A DNA stretch of 64,000 nucleotides from an uncultured Eubacteriales bacterium (GTDB lineage Bacteria > Bacillota > Clostridia > Oscillospirales > Acutalibacteraceae). The DNA lies in the NCBI GenBank assembly GCA_934477125.1, contig CAKSOL010000004.1:106664-170663 (forward strand), written 5' to 3'. Each line of letters begins with the position of its first letter. The first letter of the stretch is position 1. A program made the position numbers and the translations under genes. Positions 56,338 to 63,531 of the stretch are shown one piece after another. The notes under the pieces are model-generated. The model worked only from the letters and a program-made list of their open reading frames with translations, had not been told where the DNA came from and ran no database searches.

Positions 56338-57347
56338 AAAGCTCCCGCCTTTCTCAGCTCCTCAAAAAGCTCGTCTGTCGTTATGTCGCTCATTTCATAT
56401 TTCCCGATTTCGGGTACTCTTATTACGGTAAGGCGATTTCCGGCGCACTTTTTATCATGGCGCACAGCCTCGATAATTTTTTCCGGCTCGGCGGAAAACG
56501 AAACCGGCAGGTTAAGGCTTTTAAGCACCGGGACAAGTCTTTCCCTCACCTTTGGCGCGCACATCGGCACCATTCCCGCCGCGACGCACTCGCCGTGGTA
56601 AAAATTCTGCATATTATTAGCCGTTTCAATCGCGTGAGCCAGGGTATGACCGAAGTTGAGTATCTTGCGCAGTCCGCCCTCGCGCTCATCGTTCTCAACG
56701 ACGGCGCGCTTTATTTTAAGCGAACGCTCGATTATCTCGTCCATATGCTCGTCACAGCCGCCCTTTTCAAACAGGGCGAACAGCTCCGGGTCGCTCGTAA
56801 GCGACATTTTGACCGCCTCGGCAAGACCGTTTGAAATCTGTCTTTCGGGCAGGGTTTTCAGCACGTCCGTATCTATAATAACCCGTTTCGGCTGCCAGAA
56901 CGCGCCGACAATATTCTTATATCCGGCGAAATCGATAGCGGTTTTTCCGCCTATCGAGGAATCGACCTGAGAAAGAACGGTTGTCGGAATATTATAAAAA
57001 TCTATTCCGCGCATATAGCAGGCGGCGACAAAGCCGGCAAGGTCGCCGACGACCCCTCCGCCGACCGCGATTACGCAGTCGGTTCGCGTAAGCTCCATTT
57101 CGACCGCCTGTTTAAGCACATACAAAAACGACGCGGAGGTTTTGCTTTTCTCGCCCTGCGGCAGAACAACCGTCCGGCTGCCGCGGCAGAAGGAGGCGAC
57201 CGTTTCGGCATATTCCGCCGGAACGCCGTCGTCGGTTACAATAAGCGCGCGGCGGGAAAGGTCAAGCAGCTCGCCGGCTCTCGACAGCGCTCCGCGCTCC
57301 AGAATTATATCGTAGCCTCCGCTTTGGGTTTTAACAGGAATAATCAT
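56334..57347 (-). CDS. aroB: 3-dehydroquinate synthase
   Basis: Glycine-rich NAD-binding GGGVVGDLAGF motif and the AroB core. Confidence 0.9.
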   Translation of the reverse strand: MIIPVKTQSGGYDIILERGALSRAGELLDLSRRALIVTDDGVPAEYAETVASFCRGSRTVVLPQGEKSKTSASFLYVLKQAVEMELTRTDCVIAVGGGVVGDLAGFVAACYMRGIDFYNIPTTVLSQVDSSIGGKTAIDFAGYKNIVGAFWQPKRVIIDTDVLKTLPERQISNGLAEAVKMSLTSDPELFALFEKGGCDEHMDEIIERSLKIKRAVVENDEREGGLRKILNFGHTLAHAIETANNMQNFYHGECVAAGMVPMCAPKVRERLVPVLKSLNLPVSFSAEPEKIIEAVRHDKKCAGNRLTVIRVPEIGKYEMSDITTDELFEELRKAGAL

Positions 57348-57353
57348 TTTTTA

Positions 57354-58442
57354 TCATCTCGCCAATTCTTTTTCGTAGCTGCCGACAACCTTTACGTTGT
57401 TGCAGCAGTATTTCAGTTCTTCAAGCATTTTTTCGCCCTCGGCGCTGTTTATGTTTCCCTCGCCCTCGGCATAGAAATAATAGCTCCAGATAAGCTCGCG
57501 GTTGGGGCGGCTTTTGAGCGCGCGCAGGTTAAAGCCGCAGCGGCCGATAACCGATATCGCGCGGGAAAGCGCTCCGGCAACGTTATTGACCGTGAAAAGC
57601 AGGATAAATCTGCCGTCGTTTTCGCCGCCGTCGCGTTTTGTTCTCGAAAAGACCGCAAAGCGCGTCGTATTGTCGTTTTCCTCGTTTATCCCGGCTTGCA
57701 GAACGCGCAGACCGTATCTTTCAGCCGCCTCGGCGCTGCCTATCGCCGCAAGGGACGCGTCGCCGCTTTCGGCTACCCTTTTCGCCGCAACAGCGGTATT
57801 GACAGCCTCAAGCGTTTCAAGACCGCGGTCGCTGATAAACTTTGCGCACTGTCCGAGCGCCTGTGGGTGGCTTATAACGGTTTTGATTTTGTCAATTTCC
57901 GCGTCCTCGGTTCCGAGGAGGTTCTGAACAATCGAAATATCGTATACCCCGTTTATAAACAGCGAGCCGGAAAAGGCAAGGTCCATAACCTGACCGACGT
58001 CCCCGTTACTGCTGTTTTCAACCGGCAGAACCGCGCAGTCGCACTCTCCGTTCACAACCGCATTATAGGCGGCGCGGAAATCGGGGTAGGCTATGGCGGC
58101 GGCGTCCGGAAAAATGCGGCAGGCGGCAACGTTCGCGAACGCTCCCTCAACTCCGCTGAAGGCGGCGCGCATACCGTCCATCAGTCTGTGCTGCATGGCG
58201 CGGGATATCTCCATATTCGCCTGCAAAAACCGCACGAAATACGAGCGGTATTCCTCATTTTCGATAAGCGCCGCGTTTTTCGCGATAACCTCCTGCTCGC
58301 GCGAGGGGTCGAACACCTGCAGGCCGCGTTCCTTTTTATAAGCCGCAACCTGCTTTACCGCGTCCATACGTCTGACAAACAGCCTTGCAAGGCTTGCGTC
58401 AACCTCGTTTATCTCCTTCCGCGCCCTTTCAAGCTCTGTCAT
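57354..58442 (-). CDS. pheA: bifunctional chorismate mutase / prephenate dehydratase
   Basis: N-terminal AroQ-class chorismate mutase (RKEINEVDASLARLFVRRM), then a PDT domain and an ACT domain (ESRP motif variant SRPNRELIWSY). Confidence 0.9.
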   Translation of the reverse strand: MTELERARKEINEVDASLARLFVRRMDAVKQVAAYKKERGLQVFDPSREQEVIAKNAALIENEEYRSYFVRFLQANMEISRAMQHRLMDGMRAAFSGVEGAFANVAACRIFPDAAAIAYPDFRAAYNAVVNGECDCAVLPVENSSNGDVGQVMDLAFSGSLFINGVYDISIVQNLLGTEDAEIDKIKTVISHPQALGQCAKFISDRGLETLEAVNTAVAAKRVAESGDASLAAIGSAEAAERYGLRVLQAGINEENDNTTRFAVFSRTKRDGGENDGRFILLFTVNNVAGALSRAISVIGRCGFNLRALKSRPNRELIWSYYFYAEGEGNINSAEGEKMLEELKYCCNNVKVVGSYEKELAR

Positions 58443-59629
58443 TTATTCTCCCCCCGGTATTCTTCAATAAGCGCGCGGAATGCAGGCAGGGAACGGCGGA
58501 TTGTATCGCTGTCGAGGCAGTAGGCTATTCTGACGTAGCCCTCATAGCCGAATGAGTCGCTCGGAACGAGCAGCAGCTCATATTTCTTAGCCCGCTCGGC
58601 GAATGCCGCCGCGCTTTTTTCGGGAGACTTCATAAACAGGTAGAACGCGCCGTCCGGCTTAACGACGGTATACCCCATTTCGGTCAGAGCACCGTAGAAA
58701 ATATCGCGGTTCTCGCGGTATACCGAAATATCGGCGGTTTGGTCAACGCAGTCGCGTATAACATACTGCATAAGGCTCGGCGCGCAGACAAAGCCGAGCG
58801 CTCTGCCTGCTCCGCAGACCGCCGCCCAGACGTCGGCGGCGTTTTCGATTTTCGGCGAAACAAATATATAGCCTATGCGCTCGCCCGGCAGGGAAAGCGA
58901 CTTGCTGTATGAGTAGCAGACGAGGGTGTTCGGATAAAACAGCGGAATATACGGCACCTCGGCATCGTATGCCAGCTCGCGGTAGGGCTCGTCCGCGATA
59001 ATGAATATCTCGCTGCCGAATTCTTTTTGCTTTTCTTTAAGCAGAGCCGCCAGCCGTTCAATCGTATCGCGGGAGAAAACCGCGCCGGTCGGGTTATTCG
59101 GCGAGTTTACTATAACCGCCTTTGTTTTTTCGTTTACCGCCCCGGCGAGAGCGTCGAAGTCTATCTGGAAATCCCCCTCGCGGCATTTAACGACGCGGAG
59201 TTCCGCTCCTGCCTTTTCGGCGAAAACGCGGTATTCCGGGAAGAAAGGAGCGAGGACTATAACCTCGTCGCCCGGATTTACTATTGCATTCAGCGAAACG
59301 GTAAGGGACGCCGCCGCGCCGCAGGTCATATAAATATGGGCGGCGTCCGCCTCGGCGCCGAAGCAGCGGCGGATATGCTCCGCTATCGCCTCTCTTGTAC
59401 CGAGGTCGCCGGGAGCGGAGGTGTAGCCGTGGAGCGAAACGGGGTCGCCTGCGGCAAGGCGTGTTATAGCCTCGGCAACGGCAGGGGGTGCCGGTATGCT
59501 CGGATTGCCGATACTGAAATCGAAAACGTTTTCATCGCCTATTTCGGCGCGGCGCTTTTTCGCATACTCGAATATCTCGCGGATAACCGAGCTTTTTCTG
59601 CCGAGTTCAGCCATTTTTTCTGAAATCAT
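58439..59629 (-). CDS. class I/II PLP-dependent aminotransferase (aromatic/aspartate aminotransferase)
   Basis: SPNNPTG and SYSKSLSLPGERIG (PLP lysine) motifs. The start was trimmed to MISEK, which has a GGAGGT SD. First structural gene of the aro supraoperon. Confidence 0.85.
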   Translation of the reverse strand: MISEKMAELGRKSSVIREIFEYAKKRRAEIGDENVFDFSIGNPSIPAPPAVAEAITRLAAGDPVSLHGYTSAPGDLGTREAIAEHIRRCFGAEADAAHIYMTCGAAASLTVSLNAIVNPGDEVIVLAPFFPEYRVFAEKAGAELRVVKCREGDFQIDFDALAGAVNEKTKAVIVNSPNNPTGAVFSRDTIERLAALLKEKQKEFGSEIFIIADEPYRELAYDAEVPYIPLFYPNTLVCYSYSKSLSLPGERIGYIFVSPKIENAADVWAAVCGAGRALGFVCAPSLMQYVIRDCVDQTADISVYRENRDIFYGALTEMGYTVVKPDGAFYLFMKSPEKSAAAFAERAKKYELLLVPSDSFGYEGYVRIAYCLDSDTIRRSLPAFRALIEEYRGENK

Positions 59630-59720
59630 AAATTTACCTCCGAAAATAAAAGAGCCCGCAAATGCGCCGCCCTTTAAGGGCAACGCGAAATGCGGACTCC
59701 GAAATACCTCTTTTGCGGCT

Positions 59721-59798
59721 TTACCGAGCCGCTGACGGGGTGTTCAGGTCCGCGATGTTAAAGAAGTAATAATAAGAAAACGCAAATGCTTTTTTCAT
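59721..59798 (-). CDS. Phe/Tyr-rich leader peptide (MKKAFAFSYYYFFNIADLNTPSAAR) of the aro supraoperon
   Basis: 25-codon minus-strand ORF with a GGAG SD 6 nt upstream. It carries 4 Phe and 3 Tyr within 9 consecutive codons, and is followed by GC hairpins and a U-run immediately before the aminotransferase RBS. Confidence 0.6.
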   Translation of the reverse strand: MKKAFAFSYYYFFNIADLNTPSAAR

Positions 59799-59864
59799 AA
59801 CGGACTCCGACACCTCTCTTTTTTCATTTTTTATTTATTTACATTTTAAACCCTCTGCGCGGAT

Positions 59865-59892
59865 TTGTCAAGAGGAAATTAGACGGTATAAT
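59865..59892 (+). promoter_or_regulatory. sigma-A promoter of pyk; transcript leader begins with a heptamer array
   Basis: TTGTCA, 16-nt spacer, TATAAT. The NNTCTAA array starts ~12 nt downstream of the -10 box. Confidence 0.5.
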
Positions 59893-59903
59893 TTAACGTC
59901 ACA

Positions 59904-59938
59904 GGTCTAATGTCTAACGTCTAACGTCTAACATCTAA
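59904..59938 (+). repeat. NNTCTAA heptamer tandem array (5 units) in pyk leader
   Basis: GGTCTAA-TGTCTAA-CGTCTAA-CGTCTAA-CATCTAA. Located between the pyk -10 box and its RBS. Confidence 0.85.
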
Positions 59939-59995
59939 ATTTATGTCTATTTTCCGCGGAAAACGCGCATAATATTGCTGACACAGGAGGGAATT

Positions 59996-61405
59996 ATGAG
60001 AAAAACGAAAATTATCTGCACTCTCGGTCCGAACTGCCGGGATATCGGCACTCTCGAAAAAATGCTTGCCGGCGGAATGGACGCCGCAAGGCTCAATTTT
60101 TCACATCAGAACCATTCCTTTCACCGCGAAAACATCGAAACGGTAAAGGAACTGCGGCGAAGAACCGGAAAGCCGCTCGCGCTGATTTTAGACACAAAGG
60201 GTCCCGAAATACGGACGGGGTTGCTTGAGGGCGGAGCGGCGGAGCTTAAAGCCGGAGAAAAAACCGTTTTATCCGCGGCGGCAGGAGAGGGAAACGCCCG
60301 GCTTATCGGAATAAGCCTTCCGGGTCTTGCCGATACCTTAAATCCCGGCGACATTATTTTAATAGATGACGGAAAAATAAAGTTAGCCGTTGATAAAATA
60401 AGCGGCGGCGAGATTTCCTGCGAAATTCTGCGCGGAGGAATACTCGGAAACACGCGCGGAGTAAATCTGCCGGGAATCGACACCGACATACCCTTTTTAT
60501 CCGAGCGCGACCGCGCCGACCTGCTTCTCGGCATCGAGCAGGGGGTGGACTATGTTGCCGCGTCGTTCGTGCGCTCGGCGGAGGACGTTCGTCAAATGCG
60601 GCGGTTCTTATGCGACAACGGCGGCGGAGATATACGCATTATCTCGAAAATCGAAAGCCGTTCGGCGGTAAAACGGTTTGAGGATATATTAAAGGAAAGC
60701 GACGGAATAATGGTAGCTCGCGGCGACCTCGGAGTTGAGGTGCCGTTTGAGCGGCTGCCGGGCTTGCAGAAAAAAATGATTTCCCTTTGCTACAAAAGCG
60801 GAAAAATGGCGGTTACGGCAACCCAGATGCTTGAAAGTATGATTTCCGGGGGCGACCCGACCCGCGCCGAAATAAGCGACGTTGCCAACGCCGTTTTCGA
60901 TATGACGAGCGCGGTTATGCTTTCGGGGGAGACGGCGATAGGAAAGGACCCTGCGGCGGTTGTTGAGGCGATGGCACGGATATGCTCCCGCGCTCAGGAG
61001 GACTGCGGCAGCTTTTGCACTGCCTGCCGCCGGGAACAGCCGGAACCCCTGTGCGACGCGACCGACGCGGTATGCGCGGCGGCGGTTACGGCGGCTGAAA
61101 GCATAAATGCAGCCGCGATAATCGCGGTTACGGCGAACGGGCGGACGGCGCGGCTTGCGGCGAAATACCGTCCCTCAATTCCGATAATTGCCGCCGCATT
61201 TTCCGAGAGGGTTTTCAATCAGCTTGCCGCGAACTGGGGAGTTATTCCGCTTTTGACCGAGCCGGAGCAAAACCCGGCGCGCGCCTTTGAAAGGGCGGCG
61301 GAGACGGCGGAGCGGCTCGGACTTATAAGGAGCGGCGACCGGCTGGTTCTGGTCTGCGGAGCGTCCCCCTCCTCGCCGGGGCATAATATGCTGAGGATTG
61401 TTTGA
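59996..61405 (+). CDS. pyk: pyruvate kinase
   Basis: MRKTKIICTLGP and MVARGDLGVE motifs. AGGAGG RBS. The track ORF starts at an upstream TTG. Confidence 0.95.
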   Translation: MRKTKIICTLGPNCRDIGTLEKMLAGGMDAARLNFSHQNHSFHRENIETVKELRRRTGKPLALILDTKGPEIRTGLLEGGAAELKAGEKTVLSAAAGEGNARLIGISLPGLADTLNPGDIILIDDGKIKLAVDKISGGEISCEILRGGILGNTRGVNLPGIDTDIPFLSERDRADLLLGIEQGVDYVAASFVRSAEDVRQMRRFLCDNGGGDIRIISKIESRSAVKRFEDILKESDGIMVARGDLGVEVPFERLPGLQKKMISLCYKSGKMAVTATQMLESMISGGDPTRAEISDVANAVFDMTSAVMLSGETAIGKDPAAVVEAMARICSRAQEDCGSFCTACRREQPEPLCDATDAVCAAAVTAAESINAAAIIAVTANGRTARLAAKYRPSIPIIAAAFSERVFNQLAANWGVIPLLTEPEQNPARAFERAAETAERLGLIRSGDRLVLVCGASPSSPGHNMLRIV

Positions 61406-61449
61406 GGTTATACAGAGTTTATGCCGCAGAAACAGAATTTTGGGGTTGG

Positions 61450-61485
61450 CGGCAGAAATACGGCAGACGTCCGACGTCTGCCGTA
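61450..61485 (+). terminator. terminator-like perfect palindrome after pyk
   Basis: ACGGCAGACGTC-CG-GACGTCTGCCGT 12-bp stem. The downstream tail is only weakly U-rich. Confidence 0.45.
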
Positions 61486-61546
61486 TGATTTATAAATTCC
61501 TATAAATTCTCCGCTTTTATTTATCCACTTTTTTCTTTATTTCCGG

Positions 61547-61575
61547 TTGAAAAGTAAAGCGCCGTATGTTATAAT
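61547..61575 (+). promoter_or_regulatory. dnaA promoter with adjacent DnaA box
   Basis: TTGAAA, 17-nt spacer, TATAAT. A near-consensus DnaA box TTATCCACT lies at ~61521-61529. Confidence 0.55.
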
Positions 61576-61626
61576 GGCTTTATAATAATATTATATAATA
61601 CAGTCTGCTGATAACCCTTTATTATT

Positions 61627-61680
61627 TTGCGGCGTTCACGCCGCATTTACGTTTTTCCGCTGACAGGTGCGGCGGAAAAA
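61627..61680 (+). other. conserved ~55-nt two-hairpin element, copy 2 (dnaA 5' leader)
   Basis: TTGCGGCGTTCACGCCGCATTTACGTTTTTCCGCTGACAGGTGCGGCGGAAAAACACC. Lies downstream of the dnaA promoter. A further AAAAACCGC-loop-GCGGTTTTT hairpin follows. Confidence 0.7.
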
Positions 61681-61829
61681 CACCTTGTAAGCGAAAAACC
61701 GCTTTTTCAGCGGTTTTTCAAGGGCGCCGGGGTGGTATTGGCGGGGATGGAGTGCAGTCAAAAATCTTTGATTTTTGCGAGCGGAATTCCCGCCAAAGAG
61801 CGCAGCGACTGTTGCGGAGTGTTAAAAAA

Positions 61830-63149
61830 ATGGCTATTCAATCTATCGGCGACATCTGGAGCGCCGTATGCGAGGAATGTAAAAAAAACATATCTTCTAT
61901 CACATTCGACTGCTTTTTAAAGGACCTAAAGCCCGTTTCAATCGACGCGGGGGTCTTTACAATCTCTATCAACAACGAGTACTTAAAAGACCTTATCGAA
62001 AAGAATTATTCCGACCTGCTCAAGACCTCGATAACGGTCGTTATGGGTATTCCTATGGAGCCGGTTATCATTCTTGAGGACGACGAGGAGAAAATCCGCA
62101 ATGCCGAGGAGCACTGCGAGGGGCTTACCTTTGAGGATTTCTTTACGTTTGACAATTTTATTGTCGGCTCTACCAACCGTTTTGCCCAGGCGGCTTCCTT
62201 TGCGGTTGCGGACAATCCTAACATAATATACAATCCGCTCGTTATCTACGGCAATTCGGGAGTCGGGAAAACTCACCTTATTTTAGCTATCAAAAATCAC
62301 ATAAAGAAGAAGTATCCCTCAAAGAAAATCGCCTATGTCCGCAGCGAGGACTTTACGAACCAGCTTATTCAGGCGATAGCTCTGGGCGCAGAGGCGGTTG
62401 ACGATTTTCACGCGAAGTACCGCGGAGTTGATATTCTGCTGATAGACGATATTCAGTTTATCGCCGGAAAGGAATCTACTCAGGAGGAGTTTTTCAATAC
62501 CTTCAACACGCTGCACCAGAACAACAAGCAGATTGTCGTTACGATGGACCGTCCGCCCAAAGAGATAAAGCTGCTTGACGACCGTATACGCTCGCGCTTT
62601 GAAAGCGGACTTTTCGCCGACATAACTCCGCCGGACTTTGAAACGAGGGTCGGAATTATCAACAAGAAGGCGGAGCAGGTACATATAAATATAGACGAAA
62701 ATCTTGTTTACTACATCGCCGAGCATATCAAGGACAACACGCGTCAGCTTGAGGGCGTTGTCAAAAAGCTGCACGCTTATATTTCCATTCAGGGCAAAAT
62801 TCCGTCGCTTTCGGTTGTTCAGGGCTTTATAAGGGACGTTATAAACGACACGCGCCCGGAGCCTATCAAAACCGAAAAGATAATATCCGAGGTTGCGAGA
62901 ACCTATAACGTTACCGAAAACGACATTCTTTCCAACCGCAGAACGGCGCCGCTTGCGCTTGCGCGGCAGGTTGCGATGTATATAGCGAGAAAAACGACCG
63001 ACCTTTCCTATAAGGAAATAGGCGAGGCTTTCGGAAAGGATCACACCACCGTGCTTTATAATGTAAAGCAGATAGAGAAGTTTTTATGGGACAAGCCCTA
63101 CGAAAAGGAGCTTGTTGACGACATTATAAAGAATTTGCAGGGGTCTTGA
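61830..63149 (+). CDS. dnaA: chromosomal replication initiator protein DnaA
   Basis: AAA+ motifs (GNSGVGKTHL, LLIDDIQF), DnaA box-binding domain IV (RQVAMYIARKTTDLSYKEIG). The start was trimmed to MAIQSIGDIW. Confidence 0.95.
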   Translation: MAIQSIGDIWSAVCEECKKNISSITFDCFLKDLKPVSIDAGVFTISINNEYLKDLIEKNYSDLLKTSITVVMGIPMEPVIILEDDEEKIRNAEEHCEGLTFEDFFTFDNFIVGSTNRFAQAASFAVADNPNIIYNPLVIYGNSGVGKTHLILAIKNHIKKKYPSKKIAYVRSEDFTNQLIQAIALGAEAVDDFHAKYRGVDILLIDDIQFIAGKESTQEEFFNTFNTLHQNNKQIVVTMDRPPKEIKLLDDRIRSRFESGLFADITPPDFETRVGIINKKAEQVHINIDENLVYYIAEHIKDNTRQLEGVVKKLHAYISIQGKIPSLSVVQGFIRDVINDTRPEPIKTEKIISEVARTYNVTENDILSNRRTAPLALARQVAMYIARKTTDLSYKEIGEAFGKDHTTVLYNVKQIEKFLWDKPYEKELVDDIIKNLQGS

Positions 63150-63177
63150 AAATAAGTACGCCGATAAAAACCGATTT

Positions 63178-63231
63178 TTTGCGGCGGAACGCCGCACTTT
63201 CGTTTTTCCGCTGACAGGCGCGGCGGAAAAA
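63178..63231 (+). other. conserved ~55-nt two-hairpin element, copy 3 (between dnaA stop and oriC/dnaN)
   Basis: TTGCGGCGGAACGCCGCACTTTCGTTTTTCCGCTGACAGGCGCGGCGGAAAAATACCC. The GCGGCG/CGCCGC stem is conserved while the loop varies (TTCA, GAA, TTTT). Confidence 0.7.
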
Positions 63232-63334
63232 TACCCTTTAAGCGAAGAAATCCCGGCTTAAAGTTATCAACTTATCAATGTTAATTAACATTTCGGTTTT
63301 TAACAGGACGGTTGATAATTAAAGGTTATTCATT

Positions 63335-63480
63335 TTATCCACATTTTTATTTTACTTTCTTTCCACAGGGAAATTTATCTTATATAAAGGCGCGGCAGGG
63401 GTTATCCACCGTTTTAACCGCCCCTATTATTTACTACTATTTTTATATTTATTATATACGCAAAATTTTGAAAATTTGAG
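63335..63480. other. oriC core between dnaA and dnaN: DnaA boxes plus AT-rich DNA unwinding element
   Basis: Perfect TTATCCACA at ~63335-63343, TTTCCACAG at ~63358 and TTATCCACC at ~63402-63410. An AT-rich run (TATTATTTACTACTATTTTTATATTTATTATATACG) follows at ~63425-63480. Confidence 0.7.
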
Positions 63481-63531
63481 TTTTCAGCTGTTTTTCGGTT
63501 TTCGGAGAACGGCGGCAAAGGAGATTAAAAA

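Noticed and set aside
57324-58523. 399-aa plus-strand ORF
   Set aside because: It is antisense to pheA and the aminotransferase gene inside a tightly coupled operon.
662-59938. Heptamer arrays as CRISPR arrays
   Set aside because: The unit length is 7 bp with no unique spacers between repeats, and there are no cas genes in the window. They are simple tandem repeats, not CRISPR.
61650-61680. TTTTTCCGC-loop-GCGGAAAAA as a rho-independent terminator
   Set aside because: The U-run precedes and the A-run follows the stem in both transcription directions, so neither strand gives stem-then-U-tract. It was kept as part of the conserved structured element instead.
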